IMG/VR virus record: IMGVR_UViG_3300042197_000988
Location: 1-56,438 of that record
Origin: a virus
Taxonomy: Duplodnaviria; Caudoviricetes
DNA length: 56,438 bases
Direction: 5' to 3' (one strand)
In this document: piece by piece, positions 22,853-31,960 of the stretch
How positions within the stretch are numbered: position 1 is the stretch's first letter
Layout: the number at the start of each line of letters is the position of its first letter
Notes under the pieces: model-generated
Databases searched by the model: none
The model's input: the letters and a program-made list of their open reading frames with translations, nothing else
What the model was told of the DNA's origin: nothing
Position numbers and translations under genes: made by a program

Positions 22853-23312
22853 GGATCGTGACCTGCGAACGGCTGCTTGGCGTCAACCCGAACTCTTGTT
22901 CTATGCGGAGCAGCAAGACTGCGAGTTTTGTCATCTGGCTGGCGTACGGCGTCACCTGCATGTACTTGACCCGCTGCCTTTTTTTCTCTGGATCGCTCGG
23001 GTCGGTCTCGAACACGGTCAGCACATCGCCGTTCCGTTTCACGAAGTCGTAGTTCTTTTTCCACTGTTCCCAGAGTGCGCAGTATCTGGCGATCGCCTCA
23101 ATGTCGGCCTCGGTGAAGACCCGCATGCGCAAAAGAACCGGCGTGACTTCGAGCCATTTCTGGAGCGCGCCACCCTCCAGCCACTGCGGCGGCGGGTGAA
23201 GCTCGTCTGCCAAGCCTGGCGTCGGCTCGTTTTCGTTGAGCGGCTCCTTGCTGGGGTTGCCGCGAATGTATTTCAGAATGCTCGGCTGCGGGGCAGGGCC
23301 GCGTTTGCCCAT
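22785..23312 (-). CDS. terS: Terminase small subunit (P27 family)
   Basis: MGKRGPAP...GNPSK, EFGLTPSSR. Confidence 0.92.
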   Translation of the reverse strand: MGKRGPAPQPSILKYIRGNPSKEPLNENEPTPGLADELHPPPQWLEGGALQKWLEVTPVLLRMRVFTEADIEAIARYCALWEQWKKNYDFVKRNGDVLTVFETDPSDPEKKRQRVKYMQVTPYASQMTKLAVLLLRIEQEFGLTPSSRSQVTIHADRESDPLASFVEERSSRTGA

Positions 23313-23325
23313 TGGTGCTGCTCCG

Positions 23326-24138
23326 TTACGGTAGTAGCGATTCTGGCACGGCGACCCTGCTTACTGGCAGGGTCTTCAGCCGCAGGTTCACCACGCCGCC
23401 TGCCTTTTTATAGCAGGACGCGATGCCCGCGTGCCTGATGGAAATCTGCTTGAGTTCTCTGCTGTGTTCAGCCTGCCGCAGTTCGTTGCTTCCCCCGAGT
23501 TCTTCCCGCATGCCGCCTTCGGCGAAATACTTTGTCTTGGGGCAAAGCCAATCGAGGCGGACGACTACGCCGTACTTCTTGAACGACCGTATCGTTGTCT
23601 CGAAGTCTTCGCCGGAAGAAACAAGCGGTCTGTCTGCGTCGCACATCACGCTGTCTCCGGCGTACGATCCGTGGAAGATTCCGCAGACGTACCTGAGCCC
23701 GGTGCTCGTGGAACGCTTCATGTAAAAGCCGTTCTCGAAAGCGGCGATCCCCCAGAGCCTTGCGCCGTACGACTCGCAAAGCGAAAACCCGTACTCTGCG
23801 ACTGCATCGAGCGTGCCGCCGTACGAGACAAGATCCCCGGACTTCGTGACCGCTTTCAGGTCGTAGAGGTCGTCGTCTACGTTGAGGAGCCGCGTGTTCT
23901 TCGGGTACTGAAGGTTGTAGTGGCGGCGTTGATGGATGAGCCCAGGGACTCCACGCTTGACTGAGACACCGAGCTCGCCCAACTCCCTTGAATAAGCTGA
24001 GTGGTCTTGTTCGTCGGCTACATAGACAGTGATTTTCTTGGGGTCAGCCTTCAGTCGCAAGAGTGTTGCGATTGTTCTTGTGCGACACACTTCGTGCCGC
24101 CGATACGACGGTATCGCGATCTGGTAGTCAAACGGCAT
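23326..24138 (-). CDS. TET-associated (TAGT/GREB1-like) GT-A glycosyltransferase
   Basis: IAIPSYRR, NVDDDL, LWG, EDFETTI, TKYFAEGGM. Confidence 0.8.
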   Translation of the reverse strand: MPFDYQIAIPSYRRHEVCRTRTIATLLRLKADPKKITVYVADEQDHSAYSRELGELGVSVKRGVPGLIHQRRHYNLQYPKNTRLLNVDDDLYDLKAVTKSGDLVSYGGTLDAVAEYGFSLCESYGARLWGIAAFENGFYMKRSTSTGLRYVCGIFHGSYAGDSVMCDADRPLVSSGEDFETTIRSFKKYGVVVRLDWLCPKTKYFAEGGMREELGGSNELRQAEHSRELKQISIRHAGIASCYKKAGGVVNLRLKTLPVSRVAVPESLLP

Positions 24139-25055
24139 CAGAGTTCTCCGTATTGGGCCGCATGTCGAGACGCTTCCTTGCTTTTCTCGAACACCCACGC
24201 TGCTTCCTCGAGGAGGTGGCCGCGATCGTTGAGGCTTCGAACAACCTCGGCCCCCTTTGTTTTCCCAGAGCCGACAAACGATGACCCTTGCCCGTCACTG
24301 AGGACAGACTCACGCACCCACGGCGGGACAGACGGAAAGAAGTCAAGCCCCAGCCCGAAACGCTCATTCGCGCTGGTGATTGCATCGCGGGCAGACTCGC
24401 CGTGCGTTTCGACGGCCTGCTTGTAGTGAAGAGCGATTGCTGGTGCGCCTCCCGGGGTATTCCCTTTTTCTGCTGCCGAAAAGTGATCCTCCCAGACGCC
24501 GATGTCCAGCCTGCGAAAGCCGCCAGCCATGATGTTTCGATCGCCGTTCTTTTCGAGCCATTTTTTCCGGCTCACGGCGATGCTCCGAAGGGAGCGGAGC
24601 ACCACAAACACAGGCGCGTTCGTTGCGGCTGCTTCAAGGACAGTGCCGGCCAGCATCGACCTCGCCTGCTCTCGCACCAGGTCGCACGGCGTGTCCTCGA
24701 TGTTGACCGCCACGAATGACGCGGATAGCCCGCTTGGGTTCTCAAGCGGGTCGCGGCACCCGCGAAGTATCGCACGAAGAGCCTTCTGGCACTGATGCCC
24801 TACGGCGTCTGATCCTGTTCGCGGTGCCGCCACCTGCTCATAGGTGTAGTAGTGATTCTGCTTTCGTTCGCAAAGAATCTTCACGTTGTCGATCGGTGTT
24901 TTTCTGTTGAACTTCCCCCATCCAATCGAGTTGATGTGCGCACCAAACGTGCGAACCGATCCCTGCTTGACAGAGGCCAAGGCGCGGTGCATGCAGAAAT
25001 GGCTTCCGCTGCGGCGCATCGTTGCGAAAATGAGGACGGCAGGGGATGGCTTCAC
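24138..25055 (-). CDS. Sulfotransferase-like P-loop protein
   Basis: LIFATMRRSGSH (5'-PSB-like), VVLRSLRSIAVSR (3'-PB-like), LHYKQ, GQGSSF. Confidence 0.6.
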   Translation of the reverse strand: MKPSPAVLIFATMRRSGSHFCMHRALASVKQGSVRTFGAHINSIGWGKFNRKTPIDNVKILCERKQNHYYTYEQVAAPRTGSDAVGHQCQKALRAILRGCRDPLENPSGLSASFVAVNIEDTPCDLVREQARSMLAGTVLEAAATNAPVFVVLRSLRSIAVSRKKWLEKNGDRNIMAGGFRRLDIGVWEDHFSAAEKGNTPGGAPAIALHYKQAVETHGESARDAITSANERFGLGLDFFPSVPPWVRESVLSDGQGSSFVGSGKTKGAEVVRSLNDRGHLLEEAAWVFEKSKEASRHAAQYGEL

Positions 25056-25942
25056 GCGGTCGACCTCGCTGCGACACGCGACACATAGATTTCCTCAATG
25101 GCCTGGTCGCTCGCCGCCGCACCTTGGCTGCGGTCGACGTTTGCCGGGTACGCACCGGAGTGGCAGTCGCATGTCCTGCAGAGCGGCAGCGACCTGTCTT
25201 CGCGGAGCAGTTTTCTCCGATAGGCAGAGAACACAGGGCCATTCCAGATTTCGAGGAGGCTCTGCTGCGGAACCTGCCCGGCCGGAACGTCGGCGTAGTA
25301 GTCGTTGCAGCAGATTATCGCCTCGCCACGCCAGTTGATGTTCAGAAGGCGGAACGGCTTGACGCACATGCGTTTCAGCGGTTCATTGGGGATGGGGAGA
25401 TAATCCGGAATGGAGCCTGCTCTGTTCTGGAGGGCGAACACACCTGAGCCAAACTCGTCTCCGTTGCTTTTGTCATAGACCTTGATCGCACGGGCGTTGC
25501 GTGGCAGGGGCGAGTAGACGGTGTCGCCTAGCCTTCCGTGCCTGCGCTCGTACTCCGCTTTCCACTCTAAAAAAACTGGATGCCGCTTGGCGGTGTAGGC
25601 GTTGAGGACGACCTGATTGATGCCGAGCGAATAAAGCCACTCAAGGTCATCGACGCTTTTCATGTAGTCGCCGTTCGTGGAGACCATGAGCGTTGCCTTC
25701 AGGGTGGCCCTCGCCTGTCGTGCGCACCGCTCGAAATGCTCGCGGTTCTTCAGCGGTTCGTTGTAGATGTAGAACTCAAAGCGACCCCTGTACTTCAGGG
25801 CGGCCAGTTCGCTGATGATTGCCGAGAATGTGACCTCGCCCATCAGTTCTTCGGTTCTCTGAAACACAGAAACCGGACAGAACTTGCACCTGCGGTTGCA
25901 GGCTGCGGAAATCTCGACGCTGATCGTGTTGAAGAGTTTCAT
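25052..25942 (-). CDS. Radical SAM protein with SPASM/twitch domain
   Basis: CNRRCKFC, NEPL, STNG, CVKPF...IICCND...EIWNG...CRTC. Confidence 0.9.
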   Translation of the reverse strand: MKLFNTISVEISAACNRRCKFCPVSVFQRTEELMGEVTFSAIISELAALKYRGRFEFYIYNEPLKNREHFERCARQARATLKATLMVSTNGDYMKSVDDLEWLYSLGINQVVLNAYTAKRHPVFLEWKAEYERRHGRLGDTVYSPLPRNARAIKVYDKSNGDEFGSGVFALQNRAGSIPDYLPIPNEPLKRMCVKPFRLLNINWRGEAIICCNDYYADVPAGQVPQQSLLEIWNGPVFSAYRRKLLREDRSLPLCRTCDCHSGAYPANVDRSQGAAASDQAIEEIYVSRVAARSTA

Positions 25943-26866
25943 TCAGCTCTTGAGTGCTTGCCCTGGCTTCCGGTTCTTCGCCCACTCGACCTCTTCTTTG
26001 GCCGGTCGGCAGTGCAGCATGTTTTCGCGGTAGTAAAACACCATCGTGACCCGCTCGTAGCCAGCACGAAGACGCGTCAGCATTGTGTTGCCGTGCCACT
26101 CATGCACGTCCGCAAGGCAAAGACATCCGTGCGAGTAATCCACCGCGACGCGGTAGGCGGGAAAGCAGAGATAGCCGCCCTCGTACCTGTTGTTTCGCAG
26201 GCACGCCATAACGCCGAACCCATCGTTCAGGTCACCGGCGTCCTTGTGCGTTGCTGTCTGGAAGTTTCGGTTGACCGTGACGGTCGTGAACGTGCTCTCC
26301 GGGATAACCCAGTCTCTTGCTGTCTTTTCGCAGTACGAACGCTGTGCTGCCCAACGCTCAGGCATGAACTCGCGGAAGCCCTCGTCGGCGCGGACGATGA
26401 ACGGCAAGAACTTCTGCCACAACGCTGCCTGTTTGATCAGGAACGAAGTTTGCCTGCAGAATGGAAACCTTGCGCTTCGGTCGAAGTACCCAACGATCCC
26501 GCTGTTGACCTCTCCGGCACGAACGGTGTTGCTCATCGTGCCGTCACGCTTGATTGTCTGGTATCGCGTCTTGCTTCTTGCAGCAATCGGCCTTTTCGTG
26601 CCGAGGTCTGAGGCAGTCTCGAGATACCCAGCGGCTGCGCCCCGGTTGTTGTTTGGCGCGGCAGCTTTTCGGCACGTTCCGAGCACAGACCTGCAAAGCG
26701 GATCGTCGAACCATCGAGGGCGATACTTCACCAGCGGCGATCCGTCCGGCTTGAAGATGTCAACCGGCTCGTCGCCGCCAGCAACGATGTCGTAGTGCGA
26801 GTCGTTGAGTTTCACGCCGACCAAATGGTCTGCGTCAATCTTGGTTCTGCAGTGAATCGCACGCAC
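25943..26866 (-). CDS. TET/JBP family Fe(II)/2-oxoglutarate 5-methylpyrimidine dioxygenase
   Basis: FTTVTVNRNFQTATHKDAGD (HxD), DVHEWHGNT (distal His), ERVTMVFYYRE (2OG Arg). Confidence 0.9.
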   Translation of the reverse strand: MRAIHCRTKIDADHLVGVKLNDSHYDIVAGGDEPVDIFKPDGSPLVKYRPRWFDDPLCRSVLGTCRKAAAPNNNRGAAAGYLETASDLGTKRPIAARSKTRYQTIKRDGTMSNTVRAGEVNSGIVGYFDRSARFPFCRQTSFLIKQAALWQKFLPFIVRADEGFREFMPERWAAQRSYCEKTARDWVIPESTFTTVTVNRNFQTATHKDAGDLNDGFGVMACLRNNRYEGGYLCFPAYRVAVDYSHGCLCLADVHEWHGNTMLTRLRAGYERVTMVFYYRENMLHCRPAKEEVEWAKNRKPGQALKS

Positions 26867-27503
26867 GCTTCAAGCACTCCATGACCGTGTCCGTGATGTT
26901 CTCTGTGCCGTACTGCTCGGACAGCGACATCGTCCATTTCTGGAAGTCCATGATGGTTTTTTCGTCAAGGAAAAGTTGAACCATGCGAACCCCGGATGGC
27001 GGCGGCCCATCGCTTTCTGCCTCGTCCTCGCCGTCGTCGCCGGTTGCGGCTTCCGTCGTCTCGTCGCCGTCCTCGGTGTCAATGGCCTCGAAGAAAATCT
27101 TGTTCTGCTTGGCGAGGTCATCGAACAACGATGCGAGTGCCTCGCTGTCGCTCGAAACGCCCGCGAGAATTTCCTTGAGCGCCTCGCCGTTGGTTTCTGC
27201 CATCGCCGCGATCGGGTCGATGGTCAGGAGCAGCTTATCGGCCTCCTCTTCGGTGACGTCGAGCACAAGCACCGGGACGAGTGAATCGCCGACCGTTTCG
27301 GCACGCATGTGGCCGTCAACGAGCATCAACTCGCCAGACTCCGTTTCGCGGGCAAGCACCGCGTCAGCCATGCCAACTTCTGCGAGCACCCCGCGCAGCG
27401 CATCTTGCTGCTCCTTCGGATGCGTCCGCCAGTTTTTGGGATTCGGCTTCAGTTGGTTTGCTGGGACACGACGAAACTCTTTGATGCGATCGCGGATCTG
27501 CAT
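26835..27503 (-). CDS. ParB-like N-terminal domain protein with acidic linker
   Basis: LKPNPKNWRTHP, LVDGHMR. Confidence 0.85.
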   Translation of the reverse strand: MQIRDRIKEFRRVPANQLKPNPKNWRTHPKEQQDALRGVLAEVGMADAVLARETESGELMLVDGHMRAETVGDSLVPVLVLDVTEEEADKLLLTIDPIAAMAETNGEALKEILAGVSSDSEALASLFDDLAKQNKIFFEAIDTEDGDETTEAATGDDGEDEAESDGPPPSGVRMVQLFLDEKTIMDFQKWTMSLSEQYGTENITDTVMECLKRACDSLQNQD

Positions 27504-27539
27504 GAGGTGCTCCTAAGTGCTTGTGGGACTGTCGATTGC

Positions 27540-27670
27540 GTTGAGGACGGGGCCGTTTTTCTGGGCGGCCCCCCCCGCGAAACCCCCGGCGGCGTGCGCC
27601 CGGGGAACGTCCGGGGTTTTTATGAAAGAGCCGCCGGGAGGTGGCTGACGCCCTCCCCCTTCGGTGATCG
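27540..27670 (-). other. Possible cos/packaging initiation region
   Basis: G-run-rich segment just after the HNH gene and upstream of the operon leading to terS, as in HNH-associated cos phages; positional inference only. Confidence 0.35.
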
Positions 27671-27871
27671 TCTGTGCGTCCAGTAGCATCCTCGTGAGCA
27701 GTATCTTTGAGCATCTTTCTTCTTGTTGCTTCGATACTCTCTGACGAAGGATCTTCCGCAGCACTCACATCGTCTTACTCTGCATGTCAAGCAGAGCGAG
27801 CCGACCGATCCTCTGCCTGGTCGTGAAGGAATACGTGATCCGCACTCAACACAAAGTCCTGCTTTCGGCAA
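27620..27871 (-). CDS. Small Cys-rich zinc-finger protein
   Basis: CVEC, CLTC, CECCGRSF...YCSRGC. Confidence 0.45.
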   Translation of the reverse strand: MPKAGLCVECGSRIPSRPGRGSVGSLCLTCRVRRCECCGRSFVREYRSNKKKDAQRYCSRGCYWTHRRSPKGEGVSHLPAALS

Positions 27872-28163
27872 CTGTCTTCCTCCCGTGGCACTTGATGCAG
27901 AGTGTCTGCAGATTGCTCAGTTCGTCTTGACCACCCCGCGACTTCGGGACGATGTGGTCGACTTGGGCCTCACGCTTGTCCACGCAGATGCGTCCGCATG
28001 CTTGGCATTGCCATGCGTCCCGCACGAGCACCTGCTTCCTGAGTGCGTACCACTCCCGGGAGTTGTATCCACGACCAGCTGCGGTCGGCCTATTTTCCTT
28101 CTTTATATAGGGGTCTTTTTTTCCTGCTCTCGGCGGAATAAATGCGCCTATGCGTCGTGGCAT
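27846..28163 (-). CDS. HNH endonuclease (packaging-associated type)
   Basis: RDAWQCQACG, VDHIVPKSRGG, NLQTLCIKCH. Confidence 0.92.
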   Translation of the reverse strand: MPRRIGAFIPPRAGKKDPYIKKENRPTAAGRGYNSREWYALRKQVLVRDAWQCQACGRICVDKREAQVDHIVPKSRGGQDELSNLQTLCIKCHGRKTVAESRTLC

Positions 28164-28167
28164 TGTC

Positions 28168-28893
28168 TCAACTCCCTGCAGTGCATGCCCTCGCGGCATC
28201 ACCGTTGAAGCACCGCCTGCACTGTTCGCATACGCCAACAATCGAATCGTGCGTATTCAGCGGGCAGTCGCTGGCAAACGGAGCGGCCCCATTGAGATCG
28301 TAGGCGTGCCTGAAGATCACAGGGGCAACATCGCCTGATGTTGGCCTCTCGCCCTTGTCGCACTGGTATGACCAGAACCATTGCAGTCCTTGCGGTGCGA
28401 TCTCGTTGAAATGGTGCAGCCTGCCCCACGAGGACTTGTCCACGGACAGATGCAGGTACACGTTGTCCCGTGGCGTCACGAGTGCTGCGATCTCTGGTTT
28501 TCGCGTAACCACCCACTGCGGGATGTGCGGCAACGCGGTTGCCACGATGTCGAGGCATCGCGTTGTCTCTTCTATCAAGTCGCCACCACCGCACCAGCGA
28601 ATGAACGTCAAGCGAAGCCTCGTCGCCCACCGTGAGATCACGCGGCCAGTGTGCACTGGATCGTGCTTCGTGGAGTTCAACAAGCGATGCTGCTTGGCGA
28701 GGCTCGCACTCCATGTCGACGGGCCTTTCGCGAAGTAGCACGTCTCGGCACAGACTTCGCTCGGCGTGCATGTCCCAATGATCGGGTAGTTCAGCGAATA
28801 CCCTGTGACCTTGTTCGTGCTGAACGGGTTTTCGCCTTCGGCGAGCAGGTCTTCGGAAGAAAAGTTTTTCTTGGCGAGTGTTTTGACGCTCAT
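28168..28893 (-). CDS. GP88-like Fe-S/radical-SAM-related protein
   Basis: TCTPSEVCAETCYFAKG, FIRWCGGGD, NVYLHLSVD, C-terminal CP...CEQCRRC. Confidence 0.65.
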   Translation of the reverse strand: MSVKTLAKKNFSSEDLLAEGENPFSTNKVTGYSLNYPIIGTCTPSEVCAETCYFAKGPSTWSASLAKQHRLLNSTKHDPVHTGRVISRWATRLRLTFIRWCGGGDLIEETTRCLDIVATALPHIPQWVVTRKPEIAALVTPRDNVYLHLSVDKSSWGRLHHFNEIAPQGLQWFWSYQCDKGERPTSGDVAPVIFRHAYDLNGAAPFASDCPLNTHDSIVGVCEQCRRCFNGDAARACTAGS

Positions 28894-29144
28894 TGATCCA
28901 CTGGCGACGTGTGCTTGAACTCCTTCGAGTGAAGCACATGTAGCAAGCGGGTCTGCTCATTCAGGGCATTGCTAATATCTCGCTGCGTCTCGGAAAGCTC
29001 TTTGACGAACTGGCGGTGTTCTTCCACAAGTGGAAGCAGAACGTCGTATCGCAGCACCCAGCCGACCGCTAGGGCGACCAGTACCGGGAAGCCCCATTTC
29101 TCAAGGATCGTGCTGGCTGCACTGGCAGCATCAACTGGCGTCAT
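28890..29144 (-). CDS. Single-TM plus coiled-coil protein, holin-like
   Basis: EKWGFPVLVALAVGWVL followed by an amphipathic helix. Confidence 0.5.
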   Translation of the reverse strand: MTPVDAASAASTILEKWGFPVLVALAVGWVLRYDVLLPLVEEHRQFVKELSETQRDISNALNEQTRLLHVLHSKEFKHTSPVDQ

Positions 29145-29512
29145 CGTGTCAGTTCCCTCTTCCACAGAATAAGCCGACACCGGTTCTCCGAAGACTCGTA
29201 CCACCACCGTATCAAAAGTGATACGAGAGCCGAAATAATCGACTCGATAATGATCGTCCACACCATGCCGCACTTCACGCCGTCATCGCCGAACGAACAG
29301 GCGTCGTACAGGCGTTTCACGGATTGCTCCAGTGACTTAGCGACGACCAAACGCTCGTTTTCGCCGTTGGCGTGCTGAAGCATCTCCGTTGGCCACGTTT
29401 CCACCGCCATCTGCACCATGTCGCACACTGCCTGCCTGCCGACAAGCACCTTCGCCAGCGGCATCCGTCGCCACACTTGGTTCTGGAGGTCGCGCAGCGT
29501 CATTGAAGACAC
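29141..29512 (-). CDS. Hypothetical protein with C-terminal hydrophobic helix
   Basis: ORF tightly coupled to both neighbours. Confidence 0.6.
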   Translation of the reverse strand: MSSMTLRDLQNQVWRRMPLAKVLVGRQAVCDMVQMAVETWPTEMLQHANGENERLVVAKSLEQSVKRLYDACSFGDDGVKCGMVWTIIIESIISALVSLLIRWWYESSENRCRLILWKRELTR

Positions 29513-29883
29513 ACCCCATTGGCGCAGTTCTGTCTCGGGGCTTGCGTAAGAACTTTCTGCTGCTTTTTCTTTCCGGTTCCGTCACAGGCCGCGCACTCGA
29601 CGGACACGCGACCGTCGCCGACTTTGCCCGTGCCGCCGCAGTTGTCGCACTTGTCGCCGACACTCGGCGAGTCTGGCTTTGTCGCGAAGCCGACCAAGAA
29701 ATACGCTGTCTCGCACGCGATGTCTGCCGTGATAGTGCAGTCGCCAACTGGCGGGGCAGAAGAGCAGCCGATGCAGGTCGCCGAAATAATCGCCGCCAGA
29801 AAAAACCGGCCCCCCCGTGTTTTTGAAAACGATGCCACCGAGAAGAGCACCCCCCGGTTTTCGTTGTGTGATGGTCGGCTCAC
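29500..29883 (-). CDS. Putative lipoprotein with DnaJ-type CxxCxGxG zinc finger (start uncertain)
   Basis: FFLAAIISATCIGC, CDNCGGTG, CAACDGTG. Confidence 0.55.
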   Translation of the reverse strand: MSRPSHNENRGVLFSVASFSKTRGGRFFLAAIISATCIGCSSAPPVGDCTITADIACETAYFLVGFATKPDSPSVGDKCDNCGGTGKVGDGRVSVECAACDGTGKKKQQKVLTQAPRQNCANGVCLQ

Positions 29884-30803
29884 AGTTCGCCTCCGAGCCA
29901 GTTGTCGAGCACGCGTGGCTCGAATCCTTCGTAGCCAGCGATTGCAAATGAGTCCTGCCCACTGAGCATCCGTGTGCATACATCAGCGTCGATCCAGAAC
30001 GAGCACTTCTTGACTTCCTCTGGCATCGTTGCCGGGTAGTGTGGCCCGTCGTTGCTGTGCCCCCACGAGTTGATGCACAGAAGTCCTGGACGCTTTCCGA
30101 ACCGGACTGAGGCCAGAAGCATGCAATGCGCCCAGGTGCCGGCCGGACGGCAGAAGCCATCCTTGTCGCGGTTCATCACGAAGCCCTGCATCGAGCACAC
30201 CGGCACCGGATAGCCATTCTGGATAGCCTTCGCCGCGTCCTCGAAGTTTGTGCAGAGTGCGGTGTGCTGGACTTTGCGTTTCCCGGCAAACGGCTCAAGT
30301 TCGTCCGGCACCCCCGTGTCGCCCCAGTTCTTTTCTCTGGTCGCACTGTATTCGGTGAACTCGCGGCCGTTGTAGTTTACGCCGTAGTGCAGCGTGCCGT
30401 ATCGGGTCACCGCTTTCGCGGCTGCGCCGCCGTACGACCCATCGGATCGGCCCGCACGCTTCACGCCTTGGGCCTCGACCCGCGAAAAGGCATAGACGCT
30501 CGCTTCGAGTGCGCGGCCGCCGTAGGACTCAGCTTCTTGTCGCAAGACAATGTCGCAAGCAGCGAGGATGTCCACCCCTAGAGCCCAGCCCCAGCCCACA
30601 CACGAGCCGATCCCCTGAGCCCCGCGTTTCCAGTTCGGGGCGAGCCTGAGCAGCGGCTCGTAGAGGAACGCCTCGCGGCTTTCGTCGAGCACGAGGCTCG
30701 ATCCAGCCGTTGCCATCGTCGGTTTGGCGAGCGTGCTGACGAAGGCAGCCGTGCCTTCCGGGTCGGGCTTGTAGCCCATCAGCGGGATGAACGCGTCAGC
30801 CAT
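29880..30803 (-). CDS. Papain-like (C1) cysteine peptidase
   Basis: QGIGSCVGW (Gln/Cys), WAHCM (His), INSWG (Asn). Confidence 0.85.
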   Translation of the reverse strand: MADAFIPLMGYKPDPEGTAAFVSTLAKPTMATAGSSLVLDESREAFLYEPLLRLAPNWKRGAQGIGSCVGWGWALGVDILAACDIVLRQEAESYGGRALEASVYAFSRVEAQGVKRAGRSDGSYGGAAAKAVTRYGTLHYGVNYNGREFTEYSATREKNWGDTGVPDELEPFAGKRKVQHTALCTNFEDAAKAIQNGYPVPVCSMQGFVMNRDKDGFCRPAGTWAHCMLLASVRFGKRPGLLCINSWGHSNDGPHYPATMPEEVKKCSFWIDADVCTRMLSGQDSFAIAGYEGFEPRVLDNWLGGEL

Positions 30804-30809
30804 GCGTGG

Positions 30810-31292
30810 CTACTCCTTCGCAGAACCTGCCCACGCCAGTGCTTCGCAGAGCTCGACGTACGACGCCCGGATGTCTTCCGTCACTGGCCTGGACTCGAGC
30901 CCCAGCGTGTCAGCGAACGCCTGTTCGGTTGCCTTGCCGAGCCCGTCGTACTTGCCGGGCTGGTTTCCGTTCAGTCTTCGCCAAGCGATGTTCAGCGAGA
31001 TGACGTTGAACTGGCGCAGTGCATCCGTCGTGACAAACAGCGGTTTTTCGGCGAGTGCGTCGCTCGCGGCCACGAGGGCCGCCTTGCTCCAGAGTTCGCT
31101 CCAGATCAGCCTGTCGGTCGCCGTGGCCGGACGCAACGCCGCCCGAACGCCCGCCACCCGCTCCTGCATCTCGACCGCAGGGGCGTCTCCGGGCGGGGCA
31201 GGGGATGGGGCTGGGGAGTCGGTGCGCGGCTGCATAAACCACGCCGCAGCGAGCAGCCCAGCGACGATCGCGTTCCTGATCATCGTCTTCAT
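30810..31292 (-). CDS. Signal-anchor protein with Pro-rich linker
   Basis: NAIVAGLLAAAWF followed by PAPSPAPP. Confidence 0.65.
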   Translation of the reverse strand: MKTMIRNAIVAGLLAAAWFMQPRTDSPAPSPAPPGDAPAVEMQERVAGVRAALRPATATDRLIWSELWSKAALVAASDALAEKPLFVTTDALRQFNVISLNIAWRRLNGNQPGKYDGLGKATEQAFADTLGLESRPVTEDIRASYVELCEALAWAGSAKE

Positions 31293-31585
31293 TTCTTGGC
31301 CTTCGTCGGAGATGACCCGAGCATCACGTCGATCAACTGCTGGCACAGCGACACGCCGGCATCACAGCCCCGTGCTTTGAGCCGCGAGGCTAGTTCGAGG
31401 ATGGTTCGCATGTCTGCGAGCGAAGAGTCCTCTTCCGGGGCCTCTGGTTGTGTCTCGGCTGGCTTTGGCTTTTTGCCTCCCGGTCTTGCGAGGAAGCCTT
31501 GCCCGAGTGCCACCAGTTGGTCGCTGAAGAAGACAACCACTGCCGCCAGTACGGCAGCGGCGCGAAAAAGGTCTTCATTTGTCAT
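31289..31585 (-). CDS. N-terminal TM protein
   Basis: AAAVLAAVVVFF; overlapping start/stop with neighbours. Confidence 0.6.
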   Translation of the reverse strand: MTNEDLFRAAAVLAAVVVFFSDQLVALGQGFLARPGGKKPKPAETQPEAPEEDSSLADMRTILELASRLKARGCDAGVSLCQQLIDVMLGSSPTKAKK

Positions 31586-31884
31586 CGGATCTCCTCAGCC
31601 TTCATAAGCATCCAGCGAACGAACCGCTCGCCTTCGGCGGTCTTGAAGATTGGAATCAGGTTGGACACGAGTTCGTTGTCCAGCGGCGTGTCTGTCTTGC
31701 TGGCGAGCCACTCACACGCGTCGGCAATGATCAGCGACCGCTTGTACGGGTCGGCCTCTTGCACAAAACGCTGCCCGTAGCCAAGCAGCGGCGACCACGC
31801 CTGCAGCAAGGCCAGTTGCTGCCAGATCGTGAGCCTCGAAGAGCCGTACTTCGCGAACTCGTCTGGCGTCATCTCGATGTTCAT
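31582..31884 (-). CDS. Hypothetical protein
   Basis: MNIEMTPDEF start; coupled to the downstream gene. Confidence 0.6.
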   Translation of the reverse strand: MNIEMTPDEFAKYGSSRLTIWQQLALLQAWSPLLGYGQRFVQEADPYKRSLIIADACEWLASKTDTPLDNELVSNLIPIFKTAEGERFVRWMLMKAEEIR

Positions 31885-31960
31885 GCTTTCTGCTCCTGCG
31901 TTCGGTGACCTTTCATGATTGTCGTGCCTCTCGTGCACGACTTGCAGACTCTTGCTTCTT

